A stretch of DNA of 64,000 nucleotides from Octopus bimaculoides (GCF_001194135.2 NC_068986.1:83179674-83243673), one strand, 5' to 3'. Positions 12,900 through 27,389 are shown, numbered from the stretch's first letter. Translations and numbers: made by a program. The notes: generated by a model from the sequence alone, not told the origin.

Positions 12900-13720
12900 T
12901 TCCATTATTATAAATATAAGTTTATTCGTGAAAATAATTTTAATCATCTTCATAACTCAAGTTTTAGCTCAAGAATATTATTGTGATATATATTCTAAAA
13001 CTGAAGTAACTAGATTACTGTGGATAACATTTAACCAAAAACAACTTAGAGCTGAATTATATCAAATTATTTATCATTACATAAACTCCAAGATTGTGAA
13101 TATTGGTAAAATAAGGCAAACATCTGATAGACCAGATTTAATGAAGAGAACTTCCATATGAAACTTAAATATTAAAAAGACATTTTATAGAAGCTGTAGG
13201 TTATATATGAATTATCACATTTCAGAAATGTGGCCTAGTTCATTGTCATAAGCTAGATCTAGAATATGGTAGATGTGTGCTTGTAGAACTATCAAATCAA
13301 GAAATGCAGCCAAGACTATTTCAAGCTGTTACAAAGTATGATGCATAGTCTATGTAGAGAGATAATCTTAATATGCCACGCGTAGTTGATAGTAAATGTT
13401 AAAAACAATGCCATGAAAATTTCTTGGGAACTACTATCCAAAATATTAAAAACTATCCGCATTACAGACATCAGAATAATGTTGCTACGGCCATCTGAAT
13501 TTAATGTAGGTTTTGATAATCAGTTATAAGTACATTTTTTGCATCGCAGTATTAAAAATGTTAGTCATTCTAATATAGAAACACATGGAATGGCTAGATC
13601 AGTAAAATATATTAGTAAATAATATTCAGAAAGTTAACAACAATATAACAAACTATTAAGAGTATATTGTTTATGCCAAAGAACAAGAAGTACTACAAAT
13701 CACCAGTTGACATGATCTTT
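12900..13720 (+). mobile_element. Decayed Helitron Rep domain remnant
   Basis: QEYYCDIYSKTEVTRLLWITFNQKQLRAELY and SHSNIE...RSVKYISK match the Helitron Rep motifs QQYIVDMYAKIE...NQKKLRAE and HINVE...SIKYICKY. Confidence 0.7.
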
Positions 13721-13769
13721 TGACATCTTCATCAAATATAACTTATTGAGATAATTTTTCTTTCTCATC

Positions 13770-16430
13770 CTGAGTCTTCTTCTTCCACAGGTGCCATTCA
13801 CTTTGAGTTTGCTTATGCAGCTATCATCCTCCATCCATATAATGTGCCTATACCATCATAGTCTCCTCTCTTGCATGCTCCATCTGATTCTCTTTACATT
13901 CACATTGCCTCTCTGCTCATTACACTTTATTGTCCATACACAGTAGCATGACACATCCAGTGAACCATACTTGTCTCATTTCTTTCTAGTTTTGGCAGGT
14001 CCTCCGAAAAACCCATGTTGTGCTGCCATGCAGTAGTACACTTCACATACAAGCATCATACAATCTACCTTTGACCTTGAGGGATAAGCCCTCTGTTGTC
14101 AGCCAAGGTAATAGCTCCCTAGACTTTCCTCAACCTGTTCTTATTCTAGCTAACTCACTTTTAGAATATCTACCCCCAATGCTAATTTGGTCACCTAGGT
14201 AGCAAAAGCTATTAACTATTTCTAAGGAACAATTGCAACATTTGAGAAAATGCATTTCCAATGTGCTTAAATGTTTACAGTTCCACTACACTTGCTGCAT
14301 ATGAAATCTACTTTCTGTTAGCCTGCATGTGATCCCACTATACTATTTTGTGCCCATTGTTTATAGCAGGTGCACTTTATGGAATTTCCATTAATTCCCT
14401 TTTTGCAGATGGAGTATGGCTATTTTCCTGATGCTTTAAAGATCCTGTCTACCTTCCCATTTACTAAAACTTTTGTTTTAGCTAAGTATACTTTAAAGCC
14501 CTTCAATTTCAGATTTTGCTTCCATGACTGGAATTTTAGTTTCAATTTTATTACAAATTCTATTAGAAGAGCTGAGTTGTCAGAATACAGGAGCTCCCAA
14601 AGACAACCAATCTTAAACTCCTCTATTATGCTTGGAAGACTATAATAAATGGGTGCAGACTGAGAGATAAGCCCTGCTGTACCCCTACCTGCACAATAAA
14701 TTCATTGTTGATTCTCACCTTGCTGACTGCCTCTTTGTACATAGCTTGTACAGCTCTCACAAACCATTCATCTACTAGTTTCCTTAGTGACAATCAAATC
14801 ACAATGCAAGGAGACCCTGTCAAAAGTCTTCTCTAAATTGACAAATGCTAAGTATACAGACTTATTCTTAACCATGTATTTCTCTGGCAGTTGTATCACA
14901 AGGAATGTGTTATCAATGGTGCTTCTTTCTGCAAAAAACAAACAAACCATGCATCATCCAGACTAATCCTTTCCTAATCAGTTATCCTTTCTGTAACTTT
15001 CATAAACTGGTTTGACTGTTTGATGCCTATGTAGTTTTCTCTCTCTAGAGCATTTTCCTTGTCACTGGTTATGACACCTTCCGGTTTAACTTGATTTACT
15101 ATTATGTACCTTAGTCTACTAGATATTTTAAGATTTGCAGTGACTATCCTTGATGGCCCACTTGCTTACCCTACTTTTCAATTCCTTACCACTCTATCAA
15201 ACAGCTGATTTGTCTTTTGGGTCTACATGGAGTAGGCTCTCTCTCCTGTGCATTCTCCACATTCAACAACCTCTCATAGTAACATTTACATGTCTCTTTC
15301 TTTTCAGTGTCAGTGAGAGTAAGTGTGCCTTTATCTCCCCAATAAGATCTCAATTTTCTCTAGTATACTGTCTAGCAATGTCTCATGCATTTGCCCCTCA
15401 TGTCAAAATACGTGCAAGTTTCTTTGCCATGTATGCCTAACATTTAGCTTCCTTTTTAGCCATCTGCTGCTCCCTCTCTTGCAGTCTTTCCAAGTCTCTC
15501 TTTGCTGTTATGACATTGTTTACAGTATTGTTTTACCACCATGTAACCTTGAGTTTGGCTGGTATCTTGCACTAGCCACAAGTCTAGTCTATAGTCTCCA
15601 AAAGATTGTCACATAAAAACTGCCAGTTCTGCACTATGGTATATATATTTCTCTCCTCCTCACTACTATCGTTAGTGTCAGTTACTTCCAGATCATCTTT
15701 TGTCTCCGTGACGGGATAGCTCTTATTTTAAAGTCACCAACCACTCATCTATGTTGTGAAATACAGTCATCACCCAGGAAGGTCTCAGCACACAGTCACT
15801 CATTTATCCCCTTTTCTGATGAAACTAAAATCTTTCTAGTTGTTTACTCACCTGATTGGGAGCTCATTAGGTGACTGGGTCATGTTATATGCTGAAGTTT
15901 ATGTTACAGATCATGAGAGTGTTTGCATCACAGAACTCTAGGAGTTTTGATCCCTATTCATGTCTCATACTGAACTCATGCATACCATGTGCTAAAAAAA
16001 AAAAAGGCCTTCATGGTACTGTTCAACTTATCCATTAAAATCACTAGCTGTGACAATAAAATAGTCTGCAGGGGCAAGCAGAGTAGCAGCCACAAATGTT
16101 TTGCTTGGCTTGTCTAAGTTTAATAATTCAATCACTAGTTCTGACTACCTCAGTTACTCTCTCTATCCCTGTTTCTGTTAACAGAACTACTAATTCCATT
16201 TACAAAGTCACCCTTATCTTTCAAGAAGAATTTATACACCTGTTTCTTGCCTGCTTGGCTAAGAGACTCCTCTATCTTGATTCCTGCACACAGAACACAT
16301 CCACTTGATTATGGTTTAGCATTTCTGCAAGCTCATCTGACCTACTTCTCATCACGCCAACATAGGGTGACTGCCATAAATTTTTGACCTGACAGGAAGA
16401 GCAGGTCTTCCAGTGGTACTAAGGTTGGCT
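13770..16430 (-). mobile_element. Long, highly decayed RTE-type LINE (endonuclease to C-terminus)
   Basis: RSTIDNTFLVIQLPEKY...VYLAFVNLEKTFDRV (14768-14950), an endonuclease-like segment near 16300-16400, and a GTCGRRR tail near 13790. Confidence 0.7.
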
Positions 16431-16678
16431 TGTTTTGGTTCTCAAACTCTGAAATAAAAAAGGTGTGTGCAATATACTGCGATCCTTGTACATCTTGTAC
16501 ACAACAAAGATAATTTCTGCAACTAGTTGATTTGCTATTTATTCTACCATTCACTGACAAACCACAACAAAAATCATTGTCAGTCATTGCCACTTTTAGA
16601 GAGCATTAGTGAAAGGAACATTCATTGGCACAAGTACACAAGCAGATGTAAGGATGAGTGTGTGTGTATGTATGTATG

Positions 16679-16734
<56 letters not shown>

Positions 16735-17714
16735 TATACATAACCATGATAGTGGGAGCAAGGGGATTGAGTGTGAGAACTGAGAATGATGATGGCTCCA
16801 TTAGCCAATGTAGTGAAAGGCAGCGATGTTGCAAGCAAAGTAAGTGGAAAACACATTGCTCAAAAAGAAAATCTTAGCTTTGAAACATCAAGGTCTGGCA
16901 AATTTTACATAATGTTCTGAGTGAAAAAAAAAACCTCATTAAATTGTGCATAAAACATTAGAATGATATCAATAAATTAGGTAGATAGATGGCAGGAAAA
17001 AGAGGGAAGACAAATTGAAAGAGAGAGGCTGACTGAGTGGGTCAGTATGCTTAGTCTTGAAACAATAAGGTATGTATGTTTAAAGAGAAGAAAGAAATAG
17101 AAAAACCAGCATGGCCATAGGTTTCAAGAAGTGATCAAATAGAAAGGATTAATGAATTTAAATTATGGCCAGCAAAAATTGAGAAAGAAAATGGTTCAAA
17201 GAGAAAATCTGAAATTTTAAACATTACACTTACAGCAAGGAAAATTTTACAATTCATTCTTTCAGAGCCCAAACAATCAAATGATATACAAAACCTTAAG
17301 AACAATATCAATATTTAGCTAGCTAGAGCAATAGGGAAAAAAGACACACACATACATAATGGGTTTCTTTCAGTATCTGTCTACCAAATTTATTCACGTG
17401 GTTTTGATTAGACTGGGGACAGAGAAGATACTTGCCCAAGATGTTGTGCAGTGGGACTGAATCCAAGACCACATGGTTGCAAAGTGAACTTCTTTAGAGT
17501 CATGCTTGCACCTATGGTGATGACATGTTAAATATTTGGTATTTGGTATGGATACTATACTGCGCTTCAGAATGCATCTATGGATTTTTAGCCAATACTG
17601 CATGTAATAGATGTAAACATCTTCAAATACACTGTATAGCTTTGAAAGATAACAGTTGATGTATCAGTTGCCACAAATGTGGTATACATGTATATGTAAG
17701 TTAGTAGGTTTTTA

Positions 17715-18272
17715 GGATCTTTTTTAAAACGGGGGCCACATTTTTCATTAACGAAACACTTTGAAACTTGGAACACTGGTAGAATGTGTCATATAAAACA
17801 TCTTTTTCTCTTAGTCTTCTTAAAAGAAAAAAGAAATCCATAAATTATTCCATGTTAAAGTTGTCGTATTTCTGTAATTTCAACCAATCACTGACGTCCA
17901 TTCAGCCGATATACATTAAGCGCCGACTACATAAACAAACGATTCTGAAACAATTAACCCTAACCCTAACCCTAACTCTAACCCTAGGGTTAGGGTTGTT
18001 AAAGCAAATTTAAAATGAAAAAAGCAAATAAAACGAAGAATCGTTTGTTTATGTAGTCGGCACTTAATGTATATCGGCTGAATGGACGTCAGTGATTGGT
18101 TGAAATTATCGAAATAAGACAATTTTTTACATGAAATAAATTCGAATACAAAAATATTTTTCTGTTCTATAACACAAAATAGATAAGTATACGAAGTTTG
18201 AAAGTCTTTCGGTACCAAAAACACTACGTAAAACATTAATGAAAAATGTGGCCCCCGTTTTAAAAAAGATCC
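17715..18272. mobile_element. MITE, 558 bp, perfect 37-bp TIRs, 8-bp TSD (Merlin/hAT/P-type signature)
   Basis: TIR GGATCTTTTTTAAAACGGGGGCCACATTTTTCATTAA at 17715-17751 and its complement at 18236-18272. TSD GGTTTTTA at 17707-17714 and 18273-18280. Confidence 0.9.
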
Positions 18273-18792
18273 GGTTTTTAAAGTAGTATCTTTGTGGACA
18301 TTTAAAGAGGATAATCAGTCACTAATGAAACCCAAAGCATGATGGAATTTGGATTTTATGTCTATGGAAGGACATCTTTTAGTATATTCCTTCTCTTTAC
18401 AAACACATTAGTCTCCATACATTTGTATGTCTATATAATTTTATCAATCTATTTTGTAGATATTTATGCATGCATAGCTCTTTGCGTGTATATGTTATGT
18501 GTGTTTTTGTGCATGCATATACATTCATATCAGTCTGCATTAGAATCTACTTACGTGTTCATGTATGGGCCTCTCACTAGTCATGATGCTTTTCTGCATC
18601 CACTTTCTCTCTCTCATCCACCCACATACGAACAGATGGTTTTCTGTTCCTACTACACAATACCATCTCCTAAACATTACTTAACACCTCCCATAAACAA
18701 ACTATTAATCAAATTGACTCCAACTAAAATGCCTTCTCAACTTCACCATTCAGACATTACATTGTGTTCTCTGAATATAGATATATGTATGC

Positions 18793-18881
<89 letters not shown>

Positions 18882-21800
18882 TATATGTAAATAAAATTTA
18901 TGTATATACATATCAATCTATTCCATGACCTTGTTGCTTCCTCCGTTACAGATAAGAAATATGCCAGCTTTCAGATTTATTGAGAATTTACCACTTTCAA
19001 CGAATTTTTGAAAAATAGGCCGTATGTATGGTAGCTGTATGGCCGAAAAATTTGCTTCCTAATAATGTGACACCTTATGCAAGTGTCTCCAGCTAACCAA
19101 AGCTTTGATAGTAGATTTGGTAGATAGAAAGTGAACGTTTTAGGGGTTCAACATTCTATGCTCATCTATCTTTTATTTGTTGTAAGGGGAAGAGAATATG
19201 CCCATAGCTTTTGTAAGCTCTTGGATATCACTAATGATGCTACAGAACTCCAATATGACAGCTGCAGGAAAAACATGAAAAGGAAATTCCAGAGTTGACA
19301 TTCTGGGGAGGAAAGATTGAGTATAGTGGTTAGCACAGGAAAATATGAGAGAAGAGAGAGAGAGATGAATGAGCTAGACAACCCTGAATAGAATGGTATG
19401 AAATCAGCCAGCTCAGAGGAATAGGGGTCAGGGTTATAGTGGTAGAAAAAAGAAAAAAAAGAGGAGCCAGAATATAGAATGCTTGTTTGTATGTAGGAAG
19501 TAGCAGCATCTTACAAGATATAGAAACAATATTTTGTTATGTCTCACTTGAGCTTTGTAACTATTAAGAACAGCAATTCTCTGGCCCTGAAGAGAAAGAC
19601 CAACCTTTGTGATGCAATTTTTGTTGAAATAAAGATATAAGATTGTCATGAGAGATCATCAATGATAGTGAAGGTTAGCATTTGTAGTGACTTTGAAGTT
19701 TTAGTTGCTTATTCTTTATGTGTGACCCTTCAGCATTCAAATTATTCTGTCAAAAGTAATGCTTATTTTTTTCACACCGTTTTGAATTAATCATGCAATA
19801 TTTTGTAGTTTTGAGATTTTCATGAGGTAACTGTTAATTTTTAGAATGATATTGTAAGATTGGTGTGAGAGGCCAGACACTGCCAGTTTGAACATAAAAT
19901 AGGTAGAATATCTTGGCCAGATATGGCTGGTTTAAATGCAAAAGAGTTAAGGAAGACAAGATTGTTTCCTTGATATATGTAGCAATTGTGTCTTTATGCT
20001 ACTGAAGAAAACAAGACTGGCATAACTCTAACGGAAAATGCTTTTGGTCCATGAAGACATACATTTAGCATGGTGTCAAAGTTGCATATGGATGTATGAG
20101 GGGACAGTATGCAGATCATTGACAGAAGTGTGTGTGTGGAGAATAAAACTAAACTTTGGGACATCAGAGTTGACAGTTAGAGAGAGCTCCATTCACATAG
20201 ATCATAACAGTGCAATCCAATAGAAAACCTATGATTCAAGGCATTAGCAGTGGATAGAGCCCATAGGCTTTAGTTAAGTTTGGAGAATTGTATGCCAGAC
20301 AGAGTCAAATGCAATTAGTCTATCAAGCCAAGATATTGATAAACAATCAGAAAAACTACATCTGCCTCAAGCAAAAGATTCAGGAACAGGCATGCTCAAC
20401 ATATTCACTCATTGAAATTTATAAATTCCATAAAACTAACACTATATATTACTAAGTTGAGGAAAAGAGCATCAACAATATTGAAATACTCTGGTCTGCT
20501 GTCTAAACTAAACACCCCTATATTAATGGATCAAAAGGATACTTTCACTGAAGAATAATATAACACCCTTCTAAGATATTAAACAAAAGATGAGATACTC
20601 TAAACATGACAGCCAACATATGGAAATTAACAAATCCCTTTATCACATACCTGTTCATCACTTATGCCACTATTACCCATTGCCTTCACCTGTCATATTT
20701 ATGCCCCTATTGCTCATATTAATCTCACTGCACTTCATTGCCAATATGACAAAGGATCTTTTCTATTTACTGAATGAGATGTGATCCTCTGACACACCTA
20801 GTAGAAGCAACAACTCAGCCAACCCATGCCAGCATGGAAATACACCTATATTGTCCTTTCACCAACATTACACTTTCCTTATCACCCTTGCTCTCTTACC
20901 TAACTTGAGGCATGTGCTTAAAGGACTTCATCAGATAGGCATGTACTTCAGCTATTCAACATATAGTCTCCCACTGGCCATTTGGTTTCAACATCCATCA
21001 TCCAACCCCACCATTTACCCACCTCTTGTTATCCATCATACTCTCACTCCTCTCTAGTGCTGGTACCATGATAACATGAATCCAGTGCACTGTTAAATGT
21101 GATGTCAGGTGTCTCATTAGTCTTGAAGATGTGGACAACCTCCCTAGTGCTGATGCCATGAACAAAATACCCAGTATACTCAGTACAGTGGTTGGTTGTA
21201 GAGAGGGCATTCTGCCATAGAAACCAAGCCAAAAATAAAACTTTGGGCCTCTGACCCATGTGAAAGCAAATGTAAAATGACAATTTCCCCCATACCTTGA
21301 TAGTTTGTATTTCAGATTAGTTCATGGTCATTATAAGCCATAAACTCACTGGAAACTGGAGGTGTTTGAAATTGAAATGTAAACCCTTGAACAGTCAAAA
21401 TAGTTTCTTTTAGTAAGTTATTTGACTAATTAACTGGTGTCATTGAAACATCAAAATTACAAAGTCAGATGACTGGTGCTTCTCCTTTTAGTTTCAAGTT
21501 GTGACATTGTATTGTTGAGGATTGAAGTGCACTGAATTTGAATCATGTTACTAATGTCTTTTCAAACTGAGATATTATTTGTATGAAAATTCTTGACAGG
21601 CAATTTATTAAAGTATTCTGCAACTTAATTTTTGGCAGTGTCACTCTTTAGAGTAAGCGGTGCTCTTTCTTATATTAATGTTTCAGTAATCTTTTAGTAA
21701 ATTCAAGAAAACTTTGTCTATCATTTTTATTATAATCAAAGTGATTCTCAAGTTGGTTGATGGGATTTTCACTTTGATTAATATCTGTATTTTGAAACAA

Positions 21801-22789
21801 GAGATTTCTAAAGGAAAAGTTCTTACAATCCCTTTGTTTACACAACACTCATGCTGATCTGATGATGCAGGGTGTGATGTGCACACTTCAAGCATGTTTG
21901 AATTTCAATTATAGATGTTCTACAGAAAATTGCTAGAAATGTCCCAAGAAAAGTAGGCCATAGATTACTTCAGCACTTTTTTTTTTATATAATGAAGTGT
22001 CTAGAGAGGTGCATCAAATACACACACACACATACATGTGTTTGAGTACTTTTGTACAAATTTCATTCATCGTATATGGTGGAGCTTGAAATAAATATTG
22101 GAGGAGGCTTGTATATTATTCTTTTGAAAAACTTTATGAAGTTCTGTCTTCATTACAATTAGAAAATTCAGCAAAGATAATATATCTAAATTGTGATAAA
22201 CATGGTATACATGTTTTCAATTATATGCAAAAAACAAATGATATTACAAAACTAGTTACTCTATATCACAAATACCAATTTTATCAATATACATCAAGAA
22301 GTTTTTTAATGATATTTCTATCACATTTACTGCTCACAAAAATAAACTCATAATAATTCAAAATTAGTATTTGGCAAGTGTTTTTCCATGCATATAACAG
22401 AGTGGTAGCTGTTTTTTATGCAGAGATGTCTAAAGACAACAGACTCATAAACATGTCTTGCATCTTCCAAATGAGCTTATTAACCAACATAAAAGTATTT
22501 AATTTACTCTTGGCACATATTTCAACAGCTACTGTGCAGTCAGAAACTGCCAAACTCAGTGCATGATCAATTAGTTACAAATAAAGATCTGCACAAAACA
22601 GTTTTGTGTTGACTGATCTGAATCTATCAGATTAGTATACCAGAGAATAGGTCAGAGTATGTTACTGAGTTGTAACAGATAACTGATTCCTTCTCATTTC
22701 AAAAGCTACATATTTGTCTTTATTCAGATGTTTGTTTTGAAGTGGAGTTTTCTAGATACAGTTCTATATTTAAGAGATGAGGAATTATG

Positions 22790-23199
22790 TACATTTGATG
22801 GATATTTGTCCTCATCTTGTTTGTTGTTAACACGTTTCGGCTGATATACCCCCCCCCCNNNNNNNNNNNNNCCCCCCCCCAGCCTTCATCAGGTGTCTTG
22901 GGGAAATTTTGAACCTGGGTTCTCATTCCTAAGGTATTTTTCGATAATATTATTATTATTCAGGTCACTGCCTGGAATCTAACTCAGAGTCTTGGGGTTA
23001 GCAGCCTGCGCTCTTAACCCCTAGATTCCAACTTCGATTCCAGGCAGTGACCTGAATAATAATAACATCAAAAAATACCTTAGAAATGAGAACCCAGGTT
23101 CAAAATTTCCCCAAGACACTTGATGAAGGCTGGAGGGTATATCAGCCGAAACTTTGTGTCAACAACAAACAGGATGAGGACAAATATCCGTCAAATGTA
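22790..23199. mobile_element. Head-to-head pair of tRNA-headed, hammerhead-motif-bearing short elements forming a roughly 200-bp inverted repeat
   Basis: Arms 22790-23000 and 23015-23199 are reverse complements around a 14-nt loop. B-box-like TTCGATTCC, and (C/T)TGATGA-A-GGCTG...CAGCC-GAAAC in each arm. Confidence 0.8.
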
Positions 23200-23589
23200 A
23201 ATAATATAGTTTTCCAGATGTTTCACAGTAGATAATAATCTTCCTGTTATATCATGCTTTTTCATAAAATTTACAGCTGTTGACAGTCACTGTGATGCTA
23301 CTTCATAATCTTGATGTCCAATGACACCAATTAGTAGTCAAATAACTTACTGGAAGAAACTATTTTAACTGTTCATGGGTTTACATTTCTTCTATGTCAA
23401 ATATCAAGACAAGTTTTATAAGGTCCTGAGTTATGTATTGGGATGTCAAATGAAATTCTCCATTTCCTTCCAATGTTATTTAAATGTAAAATATTTCTAT
23501 CACAGTTTTATGGAGTTTTTAGCTTTATTCTTCCTCTACAACTTTTTATTTATCATTTTTGAAATTTGAATAAATTTTACCTCTTTTCA

Positions 23590-23928
23590 GACATGTGACA
23601 ATGAAGTGCCACATAATTCAAAAGCTCAGTTGGGAAGTTCTACCATGCCTGCCATATTCTCCTGATATAGCACCTTCAAATTATCACCTTTATCAGTTGC
23701 TATCCATCAATCTGCAAGGTGTCTCATTCAACACTGACATGAAGCTGAAAATATGGCTCTATGAATTCTTCAAGTCAAGACTTCGTAATTTCTACCATCA
23801 AGACATTGAAAAGAACACTAGCAAGTCATGATCAATGAAGGAGAATATATTATCAGTTGATTTGTTAAAACTGTTGATAAAAATAAGAATTAAAATGGTA
23901 AAAAATTCATTCATCTGGCAACTGAATA
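23590..23928 (+). mobile_element. mariner transposase C-terminal fragment
   Basis: WEVLPCLPYSPDIAPSNYHLY (HPPYSPDLAPSDYHLF motif). Confidence 0.85.
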
Positions 23929-26900
23929 TAATTGCTGGGTTTCACCAACTTTTTGATGAAATAGATTTATCTAAATTTGTGATCATTCCTACTTCCAAAC
24001 AATTGGACCTGGTCACTTATAAGCTTAGTATGGCTGTTTGTTTGGGACTTAGTGACGTCCTTTCAAAAACAACTGTTCTATATTTGAATATTTGCAGTTC
24101 CAGCATGATTTCTATCAAAGAGGGCGTTTTCCTGACTAAGCCATAAAAAAAATGTTTATTCTACAGCTGGTTACTTTAACCAGATGGAACATGCATTATA
24201 ACTGTGTGACAGTGTGTGTGCATGTGATATGCACATACATCCAAATATAACATACATACATACTAATACTGAAACCTACACATGTATAATTAAATTGATC
24301 TAGGCTTTACTATTCTGAACAAATTTCTTTGAAATTATTTAGCTAGCAAAATTTAGTTGTGAAATGATTGAGCAGAGTATCATATTCCAATTTTTTTCAT
24401 TTATATATTTAAAAGGATATTCTCATATTTCTCAGTGCTAGAAGAAAAGGTTCTAGTTTAAACCAGTTCTTGATATAAGACCTTGATGGATTTTTTTTTT
24501 GGCATTGTTTACAACAATGACTATTCATACTGTTTATGGTGTTCAGTATTGCTTTTTCATGCAATTTCAATATAAATATCAGTTTTTCAACCCCAAAAAT
24601 GGTATTTATATTTTGTCAGGTAAAATATTTCACTATTTTTAAGGTGTCATTTTCAAAATAGCAAAGACTGAATTAAATTAATACTAATGAATGACAATAA
24701 CATTTTAAAAACTGATTAACAACTAAAAACTATGGAAATAGTAACACACAGTGCAACTTCATATCACTTCACTTCTGAATCACTTTAATGGTATTGATAG
24801 AATTAAATGTTGGGCCACTGTCAGCTCATCTATGCACAAGTTAAAATAGAAACCCAAATTAGGAATGCAAATTAACAAAACATTCTTCAATTTGTTTAAC
24901 AACAGTGACTATCCCAGCCTCTGGTACCTACTTTCCTGCTAACACGAGTCAGACAGAATATGTTGAAGCAGATTTTCAATGGCTGGACAACCTTCCTGTT
25001 ACCAAGCCCAACCTGTTTCTAGGGAAGGTAATATTTTCTCAGGGTCAGATATATTTTCTTTTCACAGATTGGAAATGAACACCACAACAGTGATGCTTTT
25101 TTACAATTATGTGATGCCAAGACAATGTGCACATGCACACACACACATATATGTATGTGTATACCTACACGCAACAAGCTTCTTCCATTGATCCTCTACC
25201 AAATCCACTTGTAAGGATTTGGTCAGCCTGGGCTATAGTCGATCTTACCCAAGATGCTTTGCAGTAAAAGTATACTTGACACTACATGGTTGTGAAGCAA
25301 GCTTCTTAACCATACAGCCACACCATGAATTAAGAGAACATTTAGTTAAAGAAGTGAAATATTTCCACACTCTAGTAAATACATGAAAGTATCTTAGAAG
25401 GATATATCTATATCATGTAGAATGAGACTATATAACACTATAATATTCTGCTACAGTCTAAGTATGTTACACTTTAAATAAATACTATCTTAACTATATA
25501 AACAATGTTTATTTTATTTATAAGACAAATGGCTGATAAATATTTCAAATTAAGTGATATGTCTTTTTTTAATCCACAGCTCAAATGGGGCAACTGTTGC
25601 AATTCACTGTGACTATAGGCTCATGTTGAGCCCATTGTACATTCCTCTGATATGAAACTAATGATGTAGTACATGTATTAAGATTTGTTAAAGTATTACC
25701 AATATAGTAATACAGTATATCACTATAGATAGTTTATGTCTTTAATTTCACTCCATCATAAGATTGCTTAAAGTGTATGCATTATTCTTTCAACACATTT
25801 TTAATAATTTTAATAACAATCAGATTGGAAAGATGAAGAGAAGTGAACCAGCATTTTCTCAGATAGTTAGTTGTATGTAGCACTATCTAGAGCATGTGCA
25901 CTTCTTCATGTAAGAATAAGAATACTAGACAATGACCCTCAGTGTAGAAGAGAGGACAAATGTACAACTCCAGTTTGATGTTCTCTCCTAACTACAACTT
26001 ATACAGACTTTACAACACCTCCTGAACACATCAGTAAAAATACAATTTTAAAGAAAATTATCAATTTTATAGTTCCCTGCTGACTTACTATAACCTCATT
26101 GTCTTCATAATTGTGGAATTTCCAGACACTACTAGTATCTAGTAATAAAAGTAAAAAAAAGTAAACCAAGTCACTGCAGTAAATAGAGAATGCCAGGAAA
26201 TATTATATGGAAAATACTAACTTTATCATCATGTCACAAAAAAAAAAAAAAAAAAAAAAAAACCTAGCGCAATACTGCCTTATTTTTATTGTTCAGATAA
26301 AGTAGGATTTTCTCCACAATACTAATCACTAAATTATATACAAGAAAAAATATTGCACTCTTATATTTAAATTTAGCTGTCATACTCAGTGGGATGTTAA
26401 GATCACTAGGTTATTATATTGTCTTAACAAGACAGAAAACTATGAAAATAAAATTATTGCTCTAATTCAGATATATATCCTCTAAGATTACCTAGTTATT
26501 TTTTTCCTGGTCTCCACTGACTATCATCATCATGATGTATAATAAATGTTCATTTTGTTATTAATTCGCTGTATGTATAAACTGATCACTAAAGGATTTA
26601 ATGTACTAAACCTTAACAGAATGTATATTTTTTAACACTCAAGCACCCGTGTATCCTCAACTGGTCATAGTTACCTAACTTTAGATTTATTGTTCACATC
26701 ATATGTTTTAGAGACAGCATCACAACTTTTTAACTATAATTAACCAATGGTTTATGACTTGCATAAAGTTTCAGCTAACCCAGGTCTATTCTATAGTTCA
26801 AGTCTGATGTTTAAAAACTCTTTTTTTTTTTTTTTCTATGTTTCAGTCATTAGACTGTGGCCATGTTGGGACACCATCTTGAAGAGTTTTAGTTGAACAA

Positions 26901-27323
26901 ATTGAAACTGCTTAAAATTTTTTTATTTTAAAGTCTGATACTTATTCTCTTGGTCTCTCATGCCAAAATGCTAAGTTACAGGGATGTAAACAAACCAACA
27001 CCTGTTGCTAAGTGGTGATAGTGGACAAATACAAAGACATACATAGATACACATACATATGGCAGGTTTCTTTTACTTTCTATCTACCAAATACATTCAC
27101 AAGGCTTTGGTCAGCCTCAGTATATAGTAGAAAACATCTGCTCAAGGTGCCACTCAGTGGGAGTGAACCCAGAAACATGTGGTTGGGAAGCAAACTTCTT
27201 ATCACACAGCCATTAAATCCTACAAAAAAAGTGAAATATGATATGAATAGTGTGACTTGCAGTTGCATTTTCATGCAACAATAGAACGTTTTTAATAAAT
27301 TCCTGCACTAATTAGAGGATTAT

Positions 27324-27389
27324 AACTTCCCTCAAAGCTATATTGGTGCTGCACCACAACTTCCCTCAAAGCTATATTGCTGCTGCACA
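27324..27389. repeat. 34-bp tandem duplication
   Basis: AACTTCCCTCAAAGCTATATTG(G/C)TGCTGCAC occurs twice in tandem. Confidence 0.85.

Noticed and set aside
22960-23045. tRNA gene (also the SINE heads at about 10230-10278 and 27643-27730)
   Set aside because: Only partial A/B-box similarity, no full cloverleaf. These are SINE heads.
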